The notes beneath the pieces were generated by a model, which was given only the letters and a program-made list of their open reading frames with translations, did no database searches and was not told the origin of the DNA. Source: a virus (Duplodnaviria; Caudoviricetes). From it: a stretch of 64,000 nucleotides of DNA. Positions 20,254-29,630 of the stretch are shown here, one piece after another. The number at the start of each line of letters is the position of its first letter. Position 1 is the first letter of the stretch. The position numbers and the translations under genes are program-made. The stretch is from the IMG/VR virus record IMGVR_UViG_3300037762_000282, positions 4,850 through 68,849 of that record. One strand, written 5' to 3'.

Positions 20254-20730
20254 ATGGACAAGCCGACCCCTCCCGAGAACATCAACATCCGCGGCCCCGG
20301 CTGCTGCATCCTGCTGGCCCTTGCCCTGGCTGGGGCGCTGCTGGCCACCGGCTGCGCCCTCGATGCATCGCTCGAGACGAAGACCGCCGAAGCCGCCGAG
20401 CGCTACGCCGACCTCTGCGGCCATTACGGGGGCGAGATCGACGCCGACGGCTGGTGCCGCGGCGCCCGGCCGACGGTGCTGCCCGCCCGGTGCTTGATCG
20501 AGATCGCGCCGGGCGAGGGCCAGCCGATCTACCTCGACCTCACCGAAGGCGGGGAGGCATCGGAACCGATCGACATCGGCGACACGTCCGCCGTGGTGCG
20601 AGTGATGCAGCCCTACGGTGGGCGACCGGCGACCGTCTCCGGCCGGCAGGAGGAAGGGCCGCCGCGGCCGACCCCTGAGGACCCGCCAGGCACCGGTCCC
20701 GGGACCTCCGATGAGGAGCCCTCGCCGTGA
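20254..20730 (+). CDS. Lipoprotein
   Basis: RBS AAGGAG; hydrophobic segment ending in a LATGC lipobox. Confidence 0.65.
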   Translation: MDKPTPPENINIRGPGCCILLALALAGALLATGCALDASLETKTAEAAERYADLCGHYGGEIDADGWCRGARPTVLPARCLIEIAPGEGQPIYLDLTEGGEASEPIDIGDTSAVVRVMQPYGGRPATVSGRQEEGPPRPTPEDPPGTGPGTSDEEPSP

Positions 20731-21513
20731 CCGTCGAGGCGATGGTCGAGATCCGTCCCCGCCGCGGCCTGCCCGAGAGGGTGTGGCTCACTGAGGGAGG
20801 GGCGCCGAAGCAGGCGCTCAGCGGGACTGCCGAGGTGCGCATCCTCGGCGAGGGAGGGGAAGCTCCTGCCGGCTCGCCCGCGCTACTGGCCGCCCTTGAG
20901 GTCGAGCGGCTGCGGGCGGCGCTGCGCCGGGCGTGGACCATGTTGGCCCGCGACGCCAACGGTGCCTGCTCGGTGCTCGTGCCGTACGGCAACGGGTCAA
21001 CGATCCCGTGTGGCGATGCGCCGATCGCCCCGCACGACCCGGACTGCCCCTTCGCTGTTCTGGCCGACCCACCGCCAGACCTCGGCCCGCTCCGCGAGCT
21101 GGTGGCGGCGACCGTGGGGTTTGCTGGTGCGTCGGAGGACGGGACTCAAGGACCCATTGGGCGCGCCCGCGATGCCCTGCTCGCCGCCTATCCCTGCCTC
21201 GGAGAGGAGTGAGCCCGTGAAACCGATCCACTTTCCAGAAGCCAACTCGACCCTGCTCGGCGGCCCGGCGGCTCGCTACGTCACGGCCTTCGACGTAGGC
21301 GACCTGCCGGTGCATCGGTCCGGGGGCAAGGTCATCTCGTGCTGGAAGGCTGTTCACCTCCGCGAGCGGCTGCGCATCCTGTTCACCGGTCGCGTCTGGC
21401 TGTGGGTGGCGACGCCCACGACTCACGCGCCTGTCTACGTGGGCGGGGACTTTCCGTTTGAGCGACAGGCCGATTCCGGTTCACTGAACGAGATTCCCGC
21501 AGAGGAGTGACCC

Positions 21514-22887
21514 ATGGAAACCGCAACCCCCTACCTGCTGCTCTCCGCCCTACTCGCCGCAGTCGGCGGTCCGCTGCTCACTCAGGCCGGCAAGGAGTGG
21601 CGCTGGGTCGATCGCTGGTCGACCGCCATCAACGCCGTTCTGGGCCAGCTCTGCGCCGTGATCGTCTGGGCGGTGTGGGGCGATGGAGACCGGGCGATGC
21701 TGGGCAATCTTCTGATCGTCGCGGCGGGCGGGTCCACCGCGGGCGGAGTTGGCTACACGGCGATCAAGCGGGCCGGGCAGGCGGTCCGTGGCAAGCGGCA
21801 GGATCGCGACGCTCAGACCCTCAGCGAGATGCGGAGGATGACGAGGCACCCGAAGCGGCAGTGGCCCAAGCCGCCGCCGGGCGGTACTCCGGGGCTGGTG
21901 CTGGCGGTCCTGCTGCTCGCCGGTCCCGCCGCGGCGCAGTCGGCGCTCGAGACCAACCCCTGCGCCTTCTTCCCCGGCGACTCGACCGCGGAGTGCGACG
22001 CCTTCGGGCGCGCGGAGGAAGTGGGCCTTGAGGCCGCCGAGACCTACCCCGTCGCCACTCCCGGCATGAGCACCTGGTGGTGCTCGGACCGGATCTGCTC
22101 CGGGGCGGGAACATCGCGGATCAGCCGCGCGGTGCCTCAGTCGCCTCCGGACCCTTGGGCGGGCGGCGGGCGCTTCACCCCGACCAGCCAGATGAGCCTC
22201 GCCGCATGGCGCGCTCGCTACAGCTACCCGTTCACCGTCGCCGGCTCCTACGTGGGCGCCTGGTGCGGGCAGCACGGCGTCTGCGACGCGATCCTCGCCG
22301 AGTGGCTGTCCCGCTTCGGCTCGCGGCCATGGACCTCCGGCGGCGCGTGTCTCGAGCCCGGCGACCTCGGCCGGGCGGCGTGCGACGCGATTCACACGGG
22401 CGGCGCGACGCTGGGATGCACGATGCTGCCCTGTGGGGTGGTGAGCTGCCCGTCGAGCCCTCGGACGTGCTCGGTCACGGGCGGGTGTGGCGCGGGCTGG
22501 CGCTGCACACCGCTGGTGGAGCTGCCGACCTCAGAGCGCCCCGGAGCGACGGCCAATGGGCTGGTCGTCAAGGTAGTGGCCACCACCGGGACGGGGTGCA
22601 GCTTCTTCGACGTCACCAGGGCGCGCCTCTACGTGCCGCATCGCCCAGCGTGCTTCGCGGGCCTGCCGGCCACCTGCCGGACGGTGGCGAGCCTGCGTCC
22701 GGAGTGCTGGTCTCCGCCCGATCCCCCGCCCCCCGTCTGCGGCGATGGCACCTGCGAGCCGGGCGAGGCGTGCCCGGCGGACTGTGCCCCGGCGCCCGAT
22801 CCGACGTGCCCCACTTGCCCACCGGTGGATCCCGTAGCAGAGGCCCTACTCGAGGCGGTGCGGGCGGTGCCGGGGGTGTGCCCGTGA
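21514..22887 (+). CDS. Holin-like N-terminal membrane domain fused to a Cys-rich exported domain
   Basis: Three TM segments, then LVLAVLLLAGPAAAQ, then a domain with many Cys including CGDGTCEPGEACPADC. Confidence 0.6.
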   Translation: METATPYLLLSALLAAVGGPLLTQAGKEWRWVDRWSTAINAVLGQLCAVIVWAVWGDGDRAMLGNLLIVAAGGSTAGGVGYTAIKRAGQAVRGKRQDRDAQTLSEMRRMTRHPKRQWPKPPPGGTPGLVLAVLLLAGPAAAQSALETNPCAFFPGDSTAECDAFGRAEEVGLEAAETYPVATPGMSTWWCSDRICSGAGTSRISRAVPQSPPDPWAGGGRFTPTSQMSLAAWRARYSYPFTVAGSYVGAWCGQHGVCDAILAEWLSRFGSRPWTSGGACLEPGDLGRAACDAIHTGGATLGCTMLPCGVVSCPSSPRTCSVTGGCGAGWRCTPLVELPTSERPGATANGLVVKVVATTGTGCSFFDVTRARLYVPHRPACFAGLPATCRTVASLRPECWSPPDPPPPVCGDGTCEPGEACPADCAPAPDPTCPTCPPVDPVAEALLEAVRAVPGVCP

Positions 22888-24369
22888 CCGCCTCCACCCT
22901 ACCGGCGAAGGAGGTCCGCTGATGGAGCCCATCAGAGTCGGCCCGCCGCGCTGCAAGAGCTGCGGCGGCCTGATCGACAGCTACGCCCTATCTCCCCGCG
23001 GCTGGTGCGAGGAGTGCGAGCAGCGAGAGCCTGCCCCCGCCCCGCCCGAGCACTGGCGGGAGGCGGTGGAGCGGGCGCTGCCGTGCACCAGGGAGTCGTA
23101 CTGCGGCAGTCTCGCCAAGGCGGCTCACATCAGCAGTTGCGCGGCATCGCTACGCCCAGCAGTCCTCTGCGCCCTCGCCAGCGTCGATCTGGCCGCAGCG
23201 GCGAGCGAGCTGCGGCTGCGGGCGGCGCTGGAAAGCAGAGCGGTTGGAGTGCTGACTCGGATGGATGGAGACCGGGTCGGCTGGCGATCCTACAAATGCA
23301 GCCTCTGCGGCGGGACCTGGGAGAACGACGAGGGTCCAGGTCACGACTCCGCGTGCCCCCTCGCCGCCCCGCCATCCCCCGCAGCGGAGGCGCTGGCCGA
23401 GCTGCTGGCCCTGCCGGGGCGGTGGGCAAGCACCCCCCTGGAGCTTGAGTACCCCGACAGTTACGAGGCGGGGGTCGTCAGCGGCATGGAAAGTTGCGCC
23501 CGCGAGCTGCGCGTCGCCCTCGCCAAGCTCGGAGGGACCACCTGATGGGCCTCGACCGCACGGTCCACTTCCGCCCCGCCGAGGGGCCGACCGCCACAGA
23601 GCTTCGCGCCGTCTGCGAGGACTACTTCGACGCCGGCGCCGAGCTGAGCGCGAAGAGCGGCACGATCATCGCCGTCCTGCCGGGCCGCAACTCCTACGCT
23701 CTGCGGCGCCACGGCCGGGCGACCAAGGCGCAGCGGGGATTCTGGCAGGAGGTCCGCGACGGCGACCCCCGGGAGCGGTGGATCGAAGTCTGGCGCGACG
23801 GGCGGAAGTCGGTCAGCGTCACGACCCGCCAGCACGATGAGTTCACCGATGCGCTCGCCGATCGACTGGCGGAGGTGATCGCCCACGGCTGGGCGGGAAG
23901 GATAGAGAGCGATGGCTGAGCGTATCCTGCGAAGCGCGGCGATCGCCGCCGCGAGTAAGAAGCTGCCCATCAGGAGTGATCGGGAGCTGAACGAGACCTT
24001 GGAATGGGCCGCCGACAGCCTTGGCGAGGCGTACCGAATCGGCGCCGAAGAGGCTCAAGGCGTGATCATCGGGCGGCTGAGAAAGCTACCCGCAAAGGCG
24101 CCGTGAGCAAGGCCGCGTTCAAGCGCAACCTAGCCCGGCGAAGCGGTCGCCCCGCGCTACCGCCCCGCCGGTCGCCTGACCCGCCGGAACCCACTGATCA
24201 GCAGCTAGCCCGGTTCGCGGCAGTCGTGACGCACGGCACCGCCGTCTCGGCCGAGGACTGCCGGCGGGCCGAGCTGGTGCTGCGGATCCCGTTCGTCCGC
24301 GCCCGGTGGCTACGCGCCCATCGGGAGTTCCAGGAGCGCATGACCGAGCGCTGAGGAGAGGACTACCTG

Positions 24370-25545
24370 ATGGCTAAAGTGCTGATGGATGACTCGATTA
24401 TTCGCTGGCTCCACCGCGGCACCCCTCTGGATGCCGCCGCCATGGCTCAGGCCGCCAAGCACGACGGCGGATTGCAGGGCGAGGGGGAGACCAACCTGCA
24501 ACACCTCCGGCTCGCGAGCAACTTGATCGCCGGCATCCGCGTGTCCCTGGTTGTCGCCAAGCTGCTGGCTTTCTACGACCGCAACCGCCGGGGTCACCGC
24601 GGGGAATCCGAGGGGCTGAGCGTTGGCTACGGACACCTTCAGCGGGTGGCAGCTCTGGCGGTGATGCTGTGGGCGCGGCAAAACAACTACGAGCTGCTCC
24701 GGGTTGCCGCTGCCGAGTTCCTTCTGCAGGACCTCACCATCTGCGCCCTCTGCTGCTCGGATGCTCGCCCCCGCGTGATCATGCCGTGCGGGCGGGCGCT
24801 CCTACCGCGAGACTCCGACGGTTGGACCGCCGCCGGCGCGGTCAACATAGAGACCGACTACGCCGTCGCCGCGGCCTCCGGAATGGAGTGGCAGCGGCAG
24901 CCAGGCACCGGCCCGCAGTGGATGGAGACGATGGCCGACTACCGGGCCGTGGTCGACCGCGACGCACCGGGCCTGTTCAGCGCGGCCGAGCAGATCGCCC
25001 TCCGCTCCTGGATCGTCGAGGGGGCGCAGTCGCCCGCGCTGGCGAGCTTGATCGAGCCGATCCGCGTGCTACAGGGCTTGCACGTGCTGCGCGGACGGGG
25101 GCACGTGGCGTGGATGGAGGGGATCCGCAGCTACGGTGCAGGGAAGAACCGGACACAGCCCCTGGTCCGCTCGATCGGTGGCGAGGATCGGTTCATCGTC
25201 ACCAAGCCCCCGGCCGGTGCCGTGCGCATCGCCCCGGGCTCCTGGTCCGTGGGCGGCGCGGGTACGTCGCTCGGGACGGCCAACGTCGCAGGCGCGGACG
25301 ATGACTGGACCGAGATCATCATCGACCTCGACGGCGGGCGGATCGTCGGCGAGACGGCCGAGCCCCCGGCGCCTCCGGTCAAGCCGCCGCCCCTCCCGCC
25401 GCCGGGCGATCCCGCGCTGCGCCTCGTGCGCGAGCGACTCGCCGATCTGCGCGCCACCTGGGATCGACAGCGAGACGGGGAGGCGAAGGCGACGGATACG
25501 GAGCGGACACTGAGGGGGGTCGAGGCGGCGGTCGGTCAGCTCTGA
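24370..25545 (+). CDS. Hypothetical protein, 391 aa
   Basis: Strong RBS GAGGAGAGG; phage-like codon usage; no family recognised. Confidence 0.7.
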   Translation: MAKVLMDDSIIRWLHRGTPLDAAAMAQAAKHDGGLQGEGETNLQHLRLASNLIAGIRVSLVVAKLLAFYDRNRRGHRGESEGLSVGYGHLQRVAALAVMLWARQNNYELLRVAAAEFLLQDLTICALCCSDARPRVIMPCGRALLPRDSDGWTAAGAVNIETDYAVAAASGMEWQRQPGTGPQWMETMADYRAVVDRDAPGLFSAAEQIALRSWIVEGAQSPALASLIEPIRVLQGLHVLRGRGHVAWMEGIRSYGAGKNRTQPLVRSIGGEDRFIVTKPPAGAVRIAPGSWSVGGAGTSLGTANVAGADDDWTEIIIDLDGGRIVGETAEPPAPPVKPPPLPPPGDPALRLVRERLADLRATWDRQRDGEAKATDTERTLRGVEAAVGQL

Positions 25546-25550
25546 GGGAT

Positions 25551-25579
25551 CCCGCCGCCCGCGGCTACCGGCGGCGGGG
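25551..25579. terminator. GC hairpin between convergent gene blocks
   Basis: CCCGCCGCC...GGCGGCGGG inverted repeat just after the 25545 stop; no U-tract, so the call is tentative. Confidence 0.35.
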
Positions 25580-25996
25580 GTGTGGGGTCAGTACCAGCGC
25601 GACGCGGCGCGATCCTCGGCCACCGCCCGGCGGTTCTCCGCCACGGCGGCCTCGTGGGCAGCCGCCAGCTCGGCCTCGACGATCGGAAACTCCGGCAGCT
25701 CTCGCGCCGCCCCGGTCGGTCGCCACGCTCGCGGCGATCCGATGCCCCCGTGCTCGTAGCCCCACCCGGCGCCCTGGTCGCCTCATCCTCGCCGAGCAGG
25801 GGGTCGGTCAGGGAGTCGAAGACGATGCGTCCGGGGCTCTTTGCCACGCGGTCGACGGCGCAGATGAGCGCCTCCACCGCCGACGTCTGCTCGACCCGCC
25901 GGAGAGCGCGCGCCGCAGCGATCCAGTCGGCGGGGGCGACCCAGGAGAGGCCGGTGGATCCGGGCTGGAAGGCGTGGCCTCCGGTGGTGAGCGTGC

Positions 25997-26335
25997 TCAC
26001 GACGCACTCTCGGCGCGCTCGACACGCCATCTGATGTCTGCCTCGGAGTCTTCGAGCCACTCCGCTTGCAGGGTGCCCTGGCGCGCCGGACCACTCGGCC
26101 GCAGATCGTGGTCGATCAGACCGCGCCCGCCGCGGGCGAAGCCCTCGGCGTAGCGGAGATAGGCGATGACGTGGTCGCGTGCGCCGGCTGCGTCGGCGTC
26201 GTCGCTGTCGTCGCGCGGGTAGATCAGAGATCCTCCGCCGACGTGCTCGAGGTCGGCGGCGTTGATCGGCCCGCCCGTGCGGGAGAGCAGGGCGGGCAGG
26301 AGCGCCCAGAGGATGTCGATGCGGTGGTCTTTCAT
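25997..26335 (-). CDS. Hypothetical protein
   Basis: RBS AAGGAGG. Confidence 0.6.
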   Translation of the reverse strand: MKDHRIDILWALLPALLSRTGGPINAADLEHVGGGSLIYPRDDSDDADAAGARDHVIAYLRYAEGFARGGRGLIDHDLRPSGPARQGTLQAEWLEDSEADIRWRVERAESAS

Positions 26336-26440
26336 CTGTCCTCCTTCCGGGGATCAGCCCCGGTCAGGTGTCGGTAGGCCGGTCCATCCGTCCCCCCGCC
26401 GCTGCGCCCCTACCGCGAGAGACGCAGCCACTGGGGTCGG

Positions 26441-26725
26441 TCATGCCAGCCGTACGCGCCGCGTCGGCGTGTACGAGAGCGCAACTCGGTCCGAGGGGAG
26501 GTACCGCCCCCTCCCGTCGAGTAGGGCCGCCAGATACTCGGCATCCCATCCGGCCTGTTGGCCGGCCTCCCAGGTCTGCCAGCGGGCGTTGCCCCGCATG
26601 CGGCGGTCCGTCTTCAGGCGGCTGGTGTACTTCTCGACTCCCCTCCTCTGGAGGGGATCGAGGGGCTGAACCGCCAGGGCGGTCTCGGCGCGCTGGACCA
26701 GGGCGGTCAGGGTGGTCTCGGTCAT
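26441..26725 (-). CDS. Hypothetical protein
   Basis: RBS GAGGAG. Confidence 0.6.
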   Translation of the reverse strand: MTETTLTALVQRAETALAVQPLDPLQRRGVEKYTSRLKTDRRMRGNARWQTWEAGQQAGWDAEYLAALLDGRGRYLPSDRVALSYTPTRRVRLA

Positions 26726-26754
26726 GGCCTATCTCCTCTCGTCTCCCGGCCGGG

Positions 26755-27300
26755 TCAGTCCGGCCGGCAATCCCCCGTGGGGTCCGCTACCAGGATATCG
26801 GTCATCAGCGCCCGCAGCTCGTGGGTTCGCTCCACAGCCAGGGCTACGAGCTGCTCTGCCACACTCTCCGGGATCGGGTACTCCCCGCCCTCCCACCGCG
26901 TGATGGTCCGCGGGTGGACAGGGGGCTTGAGCGCTGCCGCCAGCGCGGTGCGCCAGCCGTGCTCGCCGTAGAGCAGGCGGCCGGCGCGGGCGAGGTCGGC
27001 GGGGGTCATCGCGTTGCGCTCGTCTGCCCGCGCCGACGCTGCCGCCGGTCTCGCTGCTTCGCGCCTGAGTCGGAAAATCTCCTTGTCGGCTTCTGTGTGG
27101 CACCGCCGACAGAGCCACCGCACATCGAGGGGCCTTTCGTAGTCGTCGTGGTGCGCTTCCGGCACGCACGGAGCCTGACACTCCGAGCACTCGCCAGGGC
27201 GCGCGAGGTGCCCGGACTGAGTCGCCGCAAACACCCGGCTGCGCGCGCGCTGATGCACTAGATGCTGGCCGTGGCTCAGGCGGTGAGGGAATGAACTCAT
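26755..27300 (-). CDS. HNH-like Zn domain fused to an HTH domain
   Basis: CSECQ..EAHHDDYERPLDVRWLCRRCH, then MTPADLARAGRLLYGEHGWRTALAAAL..PRTITRW. Confidence 0.7.
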   Translation of the reverse strand: MSSFPHRLSHGQHLVHQRARSRVFAATQSGHLARPGECSECQAPCVPEAHHDDYERPLDVRWLCRRCHTEADKEIFRLRREAARPAAASARADERNAMTPADLARAGRLLYGEHGWRTALAAALKPPVHPRTITRWEGGEYPIPESVAEQLVALAVERTHELRALMTDILVADPTGDCRPD

Positions 27301-27542
27301 TCAGACGCTCCGATCGTTTCCAGCTCCGCCAGCTCGCTGCGCCGCTCGGTCGCCAGCTCTCGAATCGCGTCACCCACCCACCCCGGCACCGGCCGAGTCC
27401 CGGTCGCCCAGCGGCGTACGAGGCGGTCGTCGATCCCGGCCCGCTCAGCTCCGGGCCGACGGAGCACCCGAGCGAGGGGGCGCTGCCAGTCGGACCGGCC
27501 GAGCAGCAGGCGGGCGGCGGTAGCGAGTTGGTCGGGTGTCAT
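27297..27542 (-). CDS. HTH DNA-binding protein (paralog of the adjacent HTH domain)
   Basis: MTPDQLATAARLLLGRSDWQRPLARVL..DRLVRRWATG. Confidence 0.7.
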   Translation of the reverse strand: MTPDQLATAARLLLGRSDWQRPLARVLRRPGAERAGIDDRLVRRWATGTRPVPGWVGDAIRELATERRSELAELETIGASE

Positions 27543-27594
27543 CTGATCGCTCCGCGTGCCGCCGGGACCCGCGCCCCGGCGAGCGGCGCAGCGG

Positions 27595-27852
27595 TCAGCG
27601 ACTCGGGTCCTCGATGTAGTCCTCGGCGTCCTCGCACAGCCACCGCAGATCCCAACCGCTACCGCCCCAAAGACGCTCCGCGGCGTCGAGAGCGGCGGTG
27701 ATCGTCGCGATGCCCTCGGTCTGGCCGTCGTACTCGCGCTCTCCGTCGCGCGGGTCGTAGACGACCAGCCGGCCGTCCTCCATGCTCACTACGCCGCGCA
27801 CCGGACCTTGGCTGTCGGGGGTATCCAGCAGGATCGTCGCTATGGGTCGCAT
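27595..27852 (-). CDS. Hypothetical protein, first gene after a sigma70-type promoter
   Basis: ATG 27852 with RBS GAGAGGGAG. Confidence 0.6.
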   Translation of the reverse strand: MRPIATILLDTPDSQGPVRGVVSMEDGRLVVYDPRDGEREYDGQTEGIATITAALDAAERLWGGSGWDLRWLCEDAEDYIEDPSR

Positions 27853-27909
27853 CGGGGTTCTCCCTCTCGGTTCCGGGGGGCTTGATCGCCTCTCCCTGTC
27901 TCTGAGGTC

Positions 27910-27938
27910 ATTGTCCCCTAAGTCGCGGGACATGTCAA
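27910..27938 (-). promoter_or_regulatory. Sigma70-like promoter with an overlapping palindromic operator
   Basis: TTGACA-N17-GACAAT on the minus strand; TGTCCC-N9-GGGACA inverted repeat at 27912..27932. Confidence 0.6.
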
Positions 27939-28090
27939 GGGGTAGATCACACTTTAGCCAACCCGCAAAGAGGACGGGTGCCGCACGCACGGGATCGCGG
28001 ACGGACTCCGGGGATCGCCTGCTGGGGCGTCGGGTCCGCCCCTGTCGGCTACCGGGCGCCGCGAGCGCTTCGGCGGCATCCCGCCCTCAG

Positions 28091-28657
28091 TCAGAGAGGA
28101 CACGGGTGGCCCTCGGTTTGTTGGCTCGCCCGGACCACCGCGATCTTGACCCGTCCCGGCTCGCCCTGGGCGGCGATCAGTTTCTCCGCCGATACCCTCC
28201 AGACCTGCGAGTCGTCCACCCACAGCACACCCGTGCCCGCGTCCTTGACCGCCTTGACGATGTTGTCGAGGTCTCCCCGCTTGAGGTGCGGGCGGAGCGG
28301 ACGGGGCTCGCGCTTCCTCTCCTCGGAGCGAGGGCAGCGGTAGAGGGCGACCACGATCAGCTCGACCGCCTCGCTGGCCGGAACCAGCGGGACAGCGAGG
28401 CCCTGCCGCTCCAGTTCCGCCAGCATCAACACCTGGGCCCGGCCCTTCCAGTCGCGGGACTTCCGGGGGTCGCGCACGGCGATGCCTTCCCGGCCGTCCC
28501 TGGAGCGCCAGCGGGCGGCTTTGCCGCGACCCTGGGGGACGGGATCGCCGGGGATCTTGACCTCGAAGGCCGCCTCCATCTGCGTCACGCGGCCGCCTCC
28601 TCTCCGTAGCACTCCGGCAGTCGAGCCCGGATCAAAAAGAGTGGACCCTTCCGCCAC
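28091..28657 (-). CDS. rusA: RusA-family Holliday junction resolvase
   Basis: IPGDPVPQGR..RGDLDNIVKAVKDA..GVLWVDDSQV. Confidence 0.88.
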   Translation of the reverse strand: MAEGSTLFDPGSTAGVLRRGGGRVTQMEAAFEVKIPGDPVPQGRGKAARWRSRDGREGIAVRDPRKSRDWKGRAQVLMLAELERQGLAVPLVPASEAVELIVVALYRCPRSEERKREPRPLRPHLKRGDLDNIVKAVKDAGTGVLWVDDSQVWRVSAEKLIAAQGEPGRVKIAVVRASQQTEGHPCPL

Positions 28658-29016
28658 GCGGTGACGAACGGATCAGGCGTCAGCCCGTTGTGCCCCGGCC
28701 TCATCCGCCGGCAACCTCTCTCCAGATAGCCGGTCACCAGGGTCTCGGCGTAGGAGCGCTGCCGCGTGACGTGGACCTCCTGTCCCCGGTGCTTGCACCG
28801 CAGCAGCTCCCAGGCCGTCTTCGCGCACAAGGCATCGCAGTAGACCTTGCGGGGGTCGTTGCTAGCGAAGGACCGGCCGCAGAACCGACAGGAGCGGCGG
28901 TTGGCCTCGGCCGTCCGGTCGCGCTTTCGACGCCACCACCAGATGCTGTAACACGCGTAGCACAGACCGCGCGCTCGATAGGGGCGGTCGGGGTGGCAAG
29001 AGGCGGGGCGGGTCAC
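28585..29016 (-). CDS. Cys-rich Zn-binding hypothetical protein
   Basis: CHPDRPYRARGLCYACY and CRFCG..YCDALC motifs. Confidence 0.5.
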   Translation of the reverse strand: MTRPASCHPDRPYRARGLCYACYSIWWWRRKRDRTAEANRRSCRFCGRSFASNDPRKVYCDALCAKTAWELLRCKHRGQEVHVTRQRSYAETLVTGYLERGCRRMRPGHNGLTPDPFVTAWRKGPLFLIRARLPECYGEEAAA

Positions 29017-29630
29017 GAGGCGGCCCCCAAATCAAGCACTCCCTGAGCCATCCTCTTCGCGGCGATCTCGCAGTAGCGCTCTTCGATCTCGATCCCGATC
29101 GCCTTGCGGCCGAGGTCCTTGGCGGCGCGGAGCGTTGTGCCGGAGCCCATGAATGGGTCGAGGATCAGTCCCTCGGTTTCCAGGTACAGGATCGTCCAGC
29201 GCATCACCGACAGAGGCTTCTGGGTTGGGTGCCCGACGCGCTCGCCGTTGGTTGCCGAGATAGAGCATTCCAGGTGGCGCGCGTTGGCGCTCCGGCTGGT
29301 CCAGCACAGCTCAACCGTGCCCATCGACGGAGGGGCGTCAGGCTTGATCCAGCACAGCCACCCGCGAGACCGCGGAAGCGCGAAGTGGTTTCCTCCCCAA
29401 ACCGCCGCCGCGGCGAAGCGCTCCGCCAGCGATGCCACGCCCCCGGCCGGGGCGCTATCCCACGACTCGGGGGTCATCCCGGATCGACGTTGCCACTTCG
29501 TTGGCTGAGCGGCAAAGCCGATGCCGAACGGCGGATCGGTCACCAGCACTCGCGCCTCGGCGACCGGCAGGACCTCCCGGCAGTCCCCGTGGTAGATCGT
29601 GACCGCCTCGTCCTGGTAGTAGGGGCTCAT
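29013..29630 (-). CDS. Amino-DNA methyltransferase (N6A/N4C, beta class)
   Basis: TDPPFG, HPTQKP, LDPFMGSGTT and GIEIEERYC motifs. Confidence 0.92.
   Translation of the reverse strand: MSPYYQDEAVTIYHGDCREVLPVAEARVLVTDPPFGIGFAAQPTKWQRRSGMTPESWDSAPAGGVASLAERFAAAAVWGGNHFALPRSRGWLCWIKPDAPPSMGTVELCWTSRSANARHLECSISATNGERVGHPTQKPLSVMRWTILYLETEGLILDPFMGSGTTLRAAKDLGRKAIGIEIEERYCEIAAKRMAQGVLDLGAAS

Larger units (their letters stand above)
16824..24354 (+). other. Block of tightly coupled small accessory/hypothetical phage genes
   Basis: Series of overlapping start/stop junctions (for example 16824, 17045, 17350, 18689, 18915, 19141, 19418, 20727, 22922, 23545, 23912). Confidence 0.6.
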
